Position numbers and translations under genes: made by a program
Assembly (NCBI GenBank): GCA_965209055.1
Contig: OZ242374.1
Location: forward strand, 1,984,001-2,048,000
Source: Acidobacteriota bacterium
GTDB lineage: Bacteria > Acidobacteriota > UBA6911 > RPQK01 > JAJDTT01
Direction of reading: 5' to 3'
Length of the DNA: 64,000 nt
In this document: one piece after another, positions 17,952 to 26,376 of the stretch
Layout of the letters: the number at the start of each line of letters is the position of its first letter
Numbering within the stretch: the first letter of the stretch is position 1
Notes under the pieces: generated by a model
Told to the model about the DNA's origin: nothing
The model's database searches: none
What the model saw: the letters and a program-made list of their open reading frames with translations, nothing else

Positions 17952-18728
17952 TTGCCAGTCTTGATGGAACTGGACATGCTGGGTAAAGAGTCCCCTTGGC
18001 CTATAGCCACCGATTGGTCTACTGAACATCTGCGCCTGACGGTTTTCGCAGAGGCAGAGAGGCCATATGGTCGGGCACGAGAGCTGTGGCAGTCTTTAGT
18101 CGGTGGAACGCCTGCCGAAGTGACTGAGAATCCGCAAACCAATACGATTCAGCTCCAGCGGCAAGATGGTCAGTCTGTCCTACACATGCTTGCTGACACC
18201 GCCAGGATGGATCTTCGGCAGTTTTACCGTCCACTGGACGAGAAGCAGATTGGTGGACCGCCGTTTCTCAGTGCTCAGAAACAGTTCGCACGCTTGGTGA
18301 AGAGATGGCTTCGAATAAAGCCCCTCAACAATGTGCAGAGAGTAGCCTTCGGCTCTACTGTGCTCAGACGCTGTGCCAAGCTTGAAGACTGCCATGATGC
18401 GTTGCAGGCATTCGTACCAATTCAGGGAGTGCCTGCATCGTCCCTTGAGGATTTCCTTTACCAGACCAACCGATGGCGCAGATCAAGACTCGTCACTGGC
18501 CTCCGCATCAACCGTCTAGTAAAATGGTCTGTGCAACATGTTGCTCGTTTGCGGATTGATGCAGGCGCACGTATGGGGTCTACTAGTTTTTCTGCTTACA
18601 ACGCCCAACTGGAGTTGGACGTAAACTCGGCGCCTGAACACGCTGACCTGCTAATACCCCATCGCCTTGAGACATTGTTCGGGGAACTTGTTGAGTTGGC
18701 CATTCGGTTTCATAGCTCAGGAGAGTAG
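17952..18728 (+). CDS. Hypothetical protein (weakly TIGR04255-like); first gene of a three-gene operon
   Basis: 258-aa ORF; RVAFG...INRL...LELDVN pattern; start uncertain; lower GC than flanks. Confidence 0.6.
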   Translation: MPVLMELDMLGKESPWPIATDWSTEHLRLTVFAEAERPYGRARELWQSLVGGTPAEVTENPQTNTIQLQRQDGQSVLHMLADTARMDLRQFYRPLDEKQIGGPPFLSAQKQFARLVKRWLRIKPLNNVQRVAFGSTVLRRCAKLEDCHDALQAFVPIQGVPASSLEDFLYQTNRWRRSRLVTGLRINRLVKWSVQHVARLRIDAGARMGSTSFSAYNAQLELDVNSAPEHADLLIPHRLETLFGELVELAIRFHSSGE

Positions 18729-18732
18729 AGAA

Positions 18733-19350
18733 ATGATCACCCATAAGGAAGAAATTTTAGCGGCAAGTACTTTCAAACCGCTCGAACCGATGCCGCAGGA
18801 ACGCCTCAGCAATGGGTTCCAATACCTTGCCGGATCCCAAATAGTCATCACAGAATTGGCTATGCCACAGACCCAAAAGGTCACCCACTATGTCGCAGCC
18901 CTACCGGGCGCCAGCTCGGTGGAACCGACATGGGATACCTATAGCGTCGTCCGCGACCTTGTAAGTCTCAATCTGAATGACGCTACGCTTTATGTCCATT
19001 CTGGTCGTTTCCCAGCAGCACTCGCCCCTATGTTTCAAGAGCTTGTGGAACGATGGTACGAAGAGAGGAAGAATGCCTTGTCCTCAATGGCCGAAATGAT
19101 AGCGTGTCCATCGTACCTTAGAATCATAGGGCTGGGACCCGATGTACTTCCGCTCATAATTGAACAGTTGAAAAGAGAGGGAGATAAACCTGATCATTGG
19201 TGCGCGGCGCTTGAAGCAGTAACGGGGGCAAATCCGGTTCCAGAGGACGCTCACGGGAACACAGTGAAGATCGCAAAACACTGGATCGCATGGCACACCG
19301 ACCGTACTCGGCAGACTTTCCTCGACTCACCCGAAGAAATCACAGGATAA
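18733..19350 (+). CDS. Hypothetical protein with helical C-terminal domain
   Basis: ATG 5 nt after the upstream stop; FQELVERW...PSYLRIIGLGPDVLPLII...HWCAALEAVTGANPVP domain. Confidence 0.65.
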   Translation: MITHKEEILAASTFKPLEPMPQERLSNGFQYLAGSQIVITELAMPQTQKVTHYVAALPGASSVEPTWDTYSVVRDLVSLNLNDATLYVHSGRFPAALAPMFQELVERWYEERKNALSSMAEMIACPSYLRIIGLGPDVLPLIIEQLKREGDKPDHWCAALEAVTGANPVPEDAHGNTVKIAKHWIAWHTDRTRQTFLDSPEEITG

Positions 19351-19760
19351 CCAGTAGTCGTGACCTGGATTACAACTGCATAGCTTGGGCCGCAGGTCGT
19401 ACTACAGAATGGTGGTGGCCCAAAACGGGGCCAGCGTCCCGTAGCTACTGGCCTCCTGGCGCATGCAACAAAGTCTCTCTTCGGTCGTTTGTTCAGGCGT
19501 TCCAACTGCTGGGCTATGTGAAGTGCGATGATGGCTCCTTGGAGCCTGGGTATCAGAAGGTTGCAATCTTCATCGCTGATAACAAACCCACCCACGCGGC
19601 AAGACAGTTGCCCAACGGGAAATGGACGAGCAAGCTTGGCAATCTTGAGGATATTGAGCATATCTCCGTCGAAGATGTGAATGGCCCTCTGTACGGGGTC
19701 CCCGCGCAGTTCATGAAAAAATCGCGTTCGGGGCCATCTTCTCAAGTTGCAAAAAGCTGA
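19290..19760 (+). CDS. Small papain/transglutaminase-like protein (YNCIAWA family)
   Basis: YNCIAWA (Cys), THAARQ (His), WTSKLG...EDIEH; overlaps the upstream gene. Confidence 0.65.
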   Translation: MAHRPYSADFPRLTRRNHRITSSRDLDYNCIAWAAGRTTEWWWPKTGPASRSYWPPGACNKVSLRSFVQAFQLLGYVKCDDGSLEPGYQKVAIFIADNKPTHAARQLPNGKWTSKLGNLEDIEHISVEDVNGPLYGVPAQFMKKSRSGPSSQVAKS

Positions 19761-20025
19761 GCCTCAGCCACCAAGATTAATTGACTGACGGCGGGATGAC
19801 TCCCCTGCACGTCGCAACCTTGGAATCCGATGGATGCGTTGAAATTCAGGACCTTGGGGTCGATGGCCGCGAGACGTGAAATTTGTGCCGCAGAATGTCC
19901 CAACCGAGTGACAGCCATCCAACGGCCCCAGATAAAAGCGCATCACAAATCTCATCTGCGCCCTGATTCAACTATTCGCAGGCAGGGCCATCCCAGTCCT
20001 TGTCCGTCATTCACTTGTAGGCGGG

Positions 20026-20600
20026 ATGGTCCTTCTTCACCAGGCCTTCGTAATCGACGTGGCCCATGTGGAAGTAGAGTACATTCGAGACAAAATGGAG
20101 TTCGTCCAGGCAGTCCGGGTGCAACTGATGAAACGCGCCGCCGGTGATGCGCGGGCGCAAGCGCAACTGCGACGAGTTCATCTTCTACGAAGAGTTGGAC
20201 CAGGTCGCCACCAATCCGCCGCAAGAACGCCGTCCTGGCCGGATCATTGGACCGGATGCTGGAGCGAACCCTCCGCCGATCTCACAACTGGGTCGTCGAG
20301 GCCGCACAGGTCATCGAGGAACTAGTCCAATTGGCCCGAGGGATGCGTAAAGCCAACGCCCATGGCGAAAGACTAGGCTTTTCCGAAGACTTGCTGGCTT
20401 TCTACAACGCGCCGGAAACCAATGTCAGCCTGGTGAAAGTCATGGGAGACGAGACGCTGCGGAAAGACGTGCGAGCGCTGCTCACGAACATCCTGCGCAA
20501 TAATGGTTGCTCACCGGATCGACAAGAAAATCACGATGCGGACCGCCTTAGAACAGGTCGGGATGCTGTCGGCCAAGTGGGCTGCCTGGCCGGTCGAGGC
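20026..20600 (+). pseudogene. hsdR: Degraded C-terminal part of a type I restriction subunit R
   Basis: IRDKMEFVQAVRVQLMK and [50 protein letters not shown]...GDETLR fragments with frameshifts and deletions. Confidence 0.8.
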
Positions 20601-20888
20601 CAACTCAAGATTTGGGGGCATCTGTGGGGGCAACCCAACACCTATACCGAACACTAGCCTTGTAAATTCAGTCAGTTACAGTAGATATTTGGTTGCCACC
20701 GCCTCCACCAATCTCCCAAGAATAGCAACGCGGGCACCCTGGGAGCCGGGACAGTCTTGTCCCGTCTTCGTCCCCGACTGGGAGCCGCGGCTTTCTCGCC
20801 GCCGACCTCCGCCGGAGCAGGGGCCAGTCGCCTTTTCTTCCTTTCGTCAGAGGAGATTCTAGTCTCGACCTACGGCGGCGCTTCCCGG

Positions 20889-21998
20889 TCAGTAGAAAAG
20901 ATTTGCTTGAAAATCGGGCATCCTTCCGGCCGCCGCAAGCTCTCCCCATTCGTCCAACCGGCCGCGATGAGACTTCCAGAACTTTGAGCAGAGTTCGAAG
21001 AACTCAAGAACGATCTCTCGTTCGCCAATCTCCAGGAGCGCTTTGGCGAGCATCATATTCGGCCCGAATGATCGGAGCACGGGTGAGCCTGGTGTCATAC
21101 CAGCCGCAATCAGGCGGGATTTCGCTTCCTCGATTTTGCCCTCGCGTAAGGCAATTCGGCCCATCACCAGGTTGCCTTGGTGGACTCGATCTCCGTAATT
21201 CCGACCAGCATTCGTGTTTTGCAGCATGATTTCTGCAAACTGCCGAGCCTTGTCAAGCTCATCCGCCGCGAATGCCGCTTTCGCGAGATCCTCCAATAGC
21301 AAATCTCGCCCCGATTCCCCTGAGAGTTCGTATGCTAGTTCCAGTTGCTCCAACTGCTCTTCGGAGATTTCTTGGTCCATTGCTCCGGACCCCAGATTGG
21401 CCAACACGCCATAAGTGCGCGCGAGTTCCTTCGGCCATTTCGGATTGGACGGATCGAGAGATCGGGCGTGCTTCAGAAATTTGATCGAAGTCCTGCGGTC
21501 GCCATGCATGAAGAATTGTTCTGCGTTCTCTAGCACCATTGGGTTTTCAGGTTGGCTTTCGACTTGATCCATCCAAGCTTTCTCGGCCTGCAAAAAACCC
21601 TCCGGGTCACGAAAATGATCAATGCCTGCTTCGGGATGTACCAAGACTTCCGATTCCGGCGAGTTTCGGATGAGCCACAGTACGTGTCGGCGTATTGCGG
21701 ACTTGGCCGAGTCCTCGTGGATAGATCGTATCCCGTCGTAGTAGCCGAGAAGCAGCGTTCGTGAAGTCACGTCATTCGGATCGAATGCCAGTTTCTCTTC
21801 GAGTTTCGCAGCCTGTTCCGAGCTAAGCTCGCTGCCGGTTTTCAGGTCGAAGTAGACCCACTTCTCGCCGGATGAACCCTCAGGGTTACCCTTGGGCGGT
21901 TCAGTGGATTGTGGCCCAAGACCCACTGGGCCGAGAACAATGGCCATAATGGTGACCAGGGACACAATCAGGAATGCCAGGAACACTTCCTTTCGCAT
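20889..21998 (-). CDS. Membrane-anchored/secreted TPR-like alpha-helical protein
   Basis: N-terminal hydrophobic segment; helical repeats; C-terminus GNLVMGRIALREG...SFGPNMMLAKALL; AAGGAG RBS. Confidence 0.7.
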   Translation of the reverse strand: MRKEVFLAFLIVSLVTIMAIVLGPVGLGPQSTEPPKGNPEGSSGEKWVYFDLKTGSELSSEQAAKLEEKLAFDPNDVTSRTLLLGYYDGIRSIHEDSAKSAIRRHVLWLIRNSPESEVLVHPEAGIDHFRDPEGFLQAEKAWMDQVESQPENPMVLENAEQFFMHGDRRTSIKFLKHARSLDPSNPKWPKELARTYGVLANLGSGAMDQEISEEQLEQLELAYELSGESGRDLLLEDLAKAAFAADELDKARQFAEIMLQNTNAGRNYGDRVHQGNLVMGRIALREGKIEEAKSRLIAAGMTPGSPVLRSFGPNMMLAKALLEIGEREIVLEFFELCSKFWKSHRGRLDEWGELAAAGRMPDFQANLFY

Positions 21999-22116
21999 TT
22001 TCTCTCCTTTCCTACTCTGCACCCTATTCTGGGTCTCTATCCTAAGCCAGAGACATCTCCCTCATAATGGGCTGCATGAACCAGGCCGCTGGCGACTGGG
22101 CCGGCTCCGGCGTCAA

Positions 22117-22842
22117 TCAGTAATAAAGATTGCCGCGGAAATTCGGGATTTTTCCCTCTTTGACCGAAACGGCCCATTCGTCCATCCGGTCATCGCGCCA
22201 GAACTTTGAACAGAGCCGGAAGTACTCGAGTACGACCTTTCGCTCACCCTTATCCAAGAGCTCTTTGGCGAGCATCATATTGGGGCCGAATGTATCGAGG
22301 TTGAATGCGCCGGGAACGTCGGCGGCCGCAAGCAGGCGCGACATTGCTTCGTGGATGTCTCCCTCGCGCAAAGCGATACGACCCAGGACGAGGTTGCCGT
22401 GGTGGATACGGTTTGCGTAAAACGTTCCTGACGGGGAATAAGGAGCACCGGGACGAGCCTGAAGCGCGAGTTCCGCATGATGCCGAGCCTTGTCGAACTG
22501 ACCCGCTTCGAATGCCCCCTTTGCCAGACTCACCGAGAGTCTGGCTCTGGCCAATTCACCCCCAACTTCATACGCCTCTTCGAATTGCTCCAGTGCCTTC
22601 TCAATGAGGAGCTTGGCAACCTGGGGAGATTTTCCGCGAGCCGAGAACAGATACGCGTTCCCTAGCTTCTTCAGCAATAGCGTCTTTCCGCTCGAATCCG
22701 CTTCGGAGAGGAGACTGCTACTCCTCGGACTCTTTGCATGGACACCTTGCGCGCCCATCGGGAAATGCAGGACGAAGAGGGTAATCGCAGCAAGAATCGA
22801 AAGACAGGAGCGGAGTGTGATGGGATTTAATGAGTTAGGCAT
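22117..22842 (-). CDS. Secreted TPR-like protein, paralog of the neighbouring gene
   Basis: Signal peptide; shared C-terminal GNLVLGRIALREG...TFGPNMMLAKELL...CSKFW...NLYY. Confidence 0.7.
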   Translation of the reverse strand: MPNSLNPITLRSCLSILAAITLFVLHFPMGAQGVHAKSPRSSSLLSEADSSGKTLLLKKLGNAYLFSARGKSPQVAKLLIEKALEQFEEAYEVGGELARARLSVSLAKGAFEAGQFDKARHHAELALQARPGAPYSPSGTFYANRIHHGNLVLGRIALREGDIHEAMSRLLAAADVPGAFNLDTFGPNMMLAKELLDKGERKVVLEYFRLCSKFWRDDRMDEWAVSVKEGKIPNFRGNLYY

Positions 22843-22954
22843 AATATTCAAGATACGCCGGACGCCCGAAATGATCAACGGGTCGGACGTTTCCGGGGGC
22901 GCATGGACAAGGGGAGAAAGGGACAGTCACTTTTTCTTCTCGTCGTTATACGTT

Positions 22955-23290
22955 GCTATGCTCGACGACACCTGTTGGCTCCCCACCCACCTCGGGTCTG
23001 ATCGGCGAGGCTTGCGGCATCACGAGCGATGCACTCCTGATTAGCGAAGGCCCCAGGGCAACATCCGGGTGCTCTTCGTCGGGCTCTACTACAGGGGTCA
23101 GCGCCACTCGGATCTGGAGCGTGAGTACGTTGAAATCAACGATCCAATCGACGAACGCATGCCGCGCATCCGGCGACTGTCTGACAGTCTACTGGTGCAC
23201 GTCACCAACCTGACATGGCCGAGGAGTTGAAGACTTCGCCGGCCTACAACGAGGCGCTACTTCGAGCCAAGCTCCAAGATCCGTTCCTTG
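22955..23290 (+). pseudogene. Degraded N-terminal fragment of a probable LuxR-type regulator
   Basis: Frame-broken peptide IRVLFVGLYYRGQRHSDLEREYVEINDPIDERMPRIRRLSDSLLVHVTNL...EELKTSPAYNEAL; family assignment from recollection only. Confidence 0.35.
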
Positions 23291-23316
23291 ATCTTCCGGA
23301 CCTGATCGCCTCTTGA

Positions 23317-24990
23317 CTACGCACGGGTCTTGAAAAACAAACCAACTGGAGATCTTCGAAGGTCTTGGTACTGTTTGATCAGCGCTCGAATCTTCGCTGG
23401 AAATTCCTTGAGCTTAGGAACATCAAGAAACTGGTTCCCAGCTATCGCCGCCAAGCCGTAGAGAGGCATCCCGGTGGCTGCAGCCGCGACTTCAACTCCA
23501 CCCACCATTAGCCACGACCCCACGTCTTTGAAGCCAAATTGCAGCAGCGCGTCGGTCACCCGCTGTATCTGTTGCTGATGGTCAGCCATCATCTTGTCCA
23601 GGTTTGCCACGACCAACTCTGTGGTTTGAGCGAAATCCTCGGGCCCAGCCATGGATAGCCCTGCGACACCGTCACTCAGTGTCTTCCGTATCTCCCGAAC
23701 AGCATGTCGCCTGCGCAGCTGGATCAGGGCCGCCGTCGGAACTCGGCCGAGCCAAGATACACGTCCGTTGTTCACCGCCGCCTGAAGGGCTCGTACGACG
23801 AGAAGGTCGGAAAGATGGGAATCCCCATCGGAAAAGCGTGTTGTGTCGTACTCCAATTTCCACTGGAAGTAACGCCACGAAGTGGGCGCTTGAATCAGTG
23901 GAACGCCACGTAGTTGTTGAGTCCGTAGCAGGAGATCATTGGCCTGTGCCATGCGGCCGACAGCCTGCGAGAGCGCGACCCGTCCAGGTTTGTCGCCGAC
24001 CAGCGTCTGGAGTTCCGGCTGCTCAGCTAGGACGCGCTTGATCTGGTTTTGAAGCGGACCCTGCCACTCAACATCAAAAAGAAGCCGATTCGGCCTGTCC
24101 AGAGCCCGCACAACGGCATCTACGTCTCGAAGACTGTCCGCGAAGTCTTTGACCTCGTCCAGATTCCTGAATGACCTCCCGAAAAGGACTCCGGTGTGCG
24201 TGACAGCATCGGCCTTACTAACTGCTGCGATGACATTTGGTTCGTTAGGATCAATGCTGCTTCGGTCAGGTGCGACTACAATGATCGGTGGGTCAACGTC
24301 CGCTATAGCGAGTTCTCGATACTTCAGTATATTCAGGGCGTGCTTGACGACGTAATGGACCCGTCGCTCAGGTGACCAGAATTCGAAGAGAGCTGCCGAG
24401 CGAAGAAACGGGTCTGGCAGCACGATCGTGTCCACGTACAGGCCACACGTGGAAGCTATATTCTGGCTCGGGGATGGAAAAAGGTCGCCACCGAATACGG
24501 CTTTGAGTTGCTGTGCATCTTCCAAGTGAACGTGAGTTGCCTCCCCAAGATTTGTCCAAAACTCTGACAGTACCTCCAAAAACCTCGGGATCACGCTATC
24601 CATTTCGGCAACGAACGTCGCATCGGCTGCAGCTGTCCTACCCGCCCGCTCAGGGTCCAATCCGATGCGCGACATGCGCTTGAAGATGTGTCCGAAGTTG
24701 TCATGCAGCCACTCGAAATACTCGCGTTGTATTTCCGCCAACGAAACTTGTCGCTTGATGTCGGATCGTACTTTCGCCGTGGACACTGCCAAAGCCATTG
24801 CACGTACACGGCTATCGACTGTATCGAGATCAATCTCGCCGTCGGATCCATATCGGACGGCTTCAAGGCTTTTCCTTATGCTCTCCGCCAAGTGCGGCGC
24901 GAACACAACCCGCCCCGCTTGAAGTTCGTCTCTCAGGACGATGAGCCGTTTGCGCAATCTGCCCTGCTGTTCTTCAGTTTGGCTCGTCAT
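23317..24990 (-). CDS. Hypothetical protein, 557 aa, hydrophobic C-terminal segment
   Basis: Long intact ORF with atypical codon usage; no motif recognised. Confidence 0.7.
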   Translation of the reverse strand: MTSQTEEQQGRLRKRLIVLRDELQAGRVVFAPHLAESIRKSLEAVRYGSDGEIDLDTVDSRVRAMALAVSTAKVRSDIKRQVSLAEIQREYFEWLHDNFGHIFKRMSRIGLDPERAGRTAAADATFVAEMDSVIPRFLEVLSEFWTNLGEATHVHLEDAQQLKAVFGGDLFPSPSQNIASTCGLYVDTIVLPDPFLRSAALFEFWSPERRVHYVVKHALNILKYRELAIADVDPPIIVVAPDRSSIDPNEPNVIAAVSKADAVTHTGVLFGRSFRNLDEVKDFADSLRDVDAVVRALDRPNRLLFDVEWQGPLQNQIKRVLAEQPELQTLVGDKPGRVALSQAVGRMAQANDLLLRTQQLRGVPLIQAPTSWRYFQWKLEYDTTRFSDGDSHLSDLLVVRALQAAVNNGRVSWLGRVPTAALIQLRRRHAVREIRKTLSDGVAGLSMAGPEDFAQTTELVVANLDKMMADHQQQIQRVTDALLQFGFKDVGSWLMVGGVEVAAAATGMPLYGLAAIAGNQFLDVPKLKEFPAKIRALIKQYQDLRRSPVGLFFKTRA

Positions 24991-25607
24991 CAGACACGTG
25001 CCTGTCGTGCCGGGCCCGCTTGTTCGGATGCGCCGGGCGTCGGCACTGCTTCAGCGGCCCCATGTGGATGAACCATGATCTGCACGTCTACGTACTCGCC
25101 GAGCATATTGATAACGGTCATCAGACGGTCAATGGTGAAGCGGTCAAGCTGTACGTTGCGTATGCAGGTAAAGTCCGCATGACTGACACCGGTCCGGCTC
25201 TAAGCATTGCGCGCGGCCCTGATCCAAGAAATTTGCCCGCGTATCAGTGCGTCTCATAAGTGTGGTGGCAAATATAATACCATCCGTCAAGCGGGACAAA
25301 TGTTCCTTTGTTAGCGCCTACAGCGGGATCCGCAATTCGCCTCGTCGGCCTTTGCCGACCGTATGCCAGGTTTGAGGCATGCTATTCACCGCTTGACTTC
25401 GCCGGGTCGGGTGAGTCCGACGCACACTCGCGCCAGAACGGCTTTCTCACCTTTTCGGCGTCTGTCATTCGCTGTTGCTTTTGTCGGATCGCCTCTTTAT
25501 CGACTTGTCGGCGCTGTTCCTCCCACGTCAGGGTTTGGACGTTTCCGCCAGCCGCGGTTGAGCGAAAACGCTCACAAACCCGTAACTGTTTTTAGGAGGG
25601 ATACATC

Positions 25608-25860
25608 ATGGCTAACCCGAAACCCGTTGCTGAAGTCCGAATCGGTTCCGTCAAGGCTGCGATCTGGCGAAACGAAACCGCCAACAGCACGAGGTGCAAC
25701 GTCACCTTTTCCCGCCTTTACAAGGACGGCGATCAGTGAAAGACGACACAAGCTATGCTCGCGATGATTTGCTGTTACTAGCGAAAGTGGCCGATCAGGC
25801 CCATTCGCGCGTTTTCCAGCTCCAGCCGGAGGAACAGCCTGAGCCGTGGCGAGGCAGACC
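25608..25860 (+). pseudogene. Inactivated small PC4/whirly-like ssDNA-binding protein
   Basis: AGGAGG RBS; MANPKPVAEVRIGSVKAAIWRNET...NVTFSRLYKDGDQ*K (TGA at 25737), then frameshifted SYARDDLLLLAKVADQAH. Confidence 0.6.
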
Positions 25861-26376
25861 TCGCATTGACGCGCGGTGCGAGTGCCGCCTGCATGGTGTC
25901 GTGCTGCTACGGTAGGGTGAAAGGGAACGGTGGCCGCCGCCCCTATTCCGGTCAGGCTTGCCCTCTCCGCGGTGTGATCCGAGTCCCGGGCGCCCTCAAA
26001 CGGAGGTCGACTTGACGGCTATGCGGATACGGGCGGGCCGTCGAGGTTCCCAAACGATGCTTGTGGCAAGCAGAAGTCGTGCTTCCCGACGGGCACCGGC
26101 GGATACGGAAAGAACCCCGAAGGCTCTAGGATCGATTCGTAACGCTCGTATTCGGTGCTATAAGCTAATTTCGATGACAGTTGCTCGCGGAACCCGGATT
26201 GCAGACGTAGATGGTTTTTATGTAAGACTGTTCGCAACCGAGAGCGTCCGGACCGGGCGTTTGGGAACGATCTACGGAAATATACAAATTGCTCTTTTGT
26301 ATTTGGCGACCACTCCCGACTGTCCTGGGTTCCTGTCGGCGAAGGCGTTCGGAATACGCTTTGGTTGTAGGAGAGA

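Larger units (their letters stand above)
5897..20712. mobile_element. Genomic island 1 integrated at the ssrA 3' end
   Basis: 17-bp direct repeat CCACCGCCTCCACCAAT at 5902-5918 and 20696-20712; adjacent tyrosine integrase; GGGGGCA arm-type repeats at 6021-6049 and 20613-20633. Confidence 0.9.
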
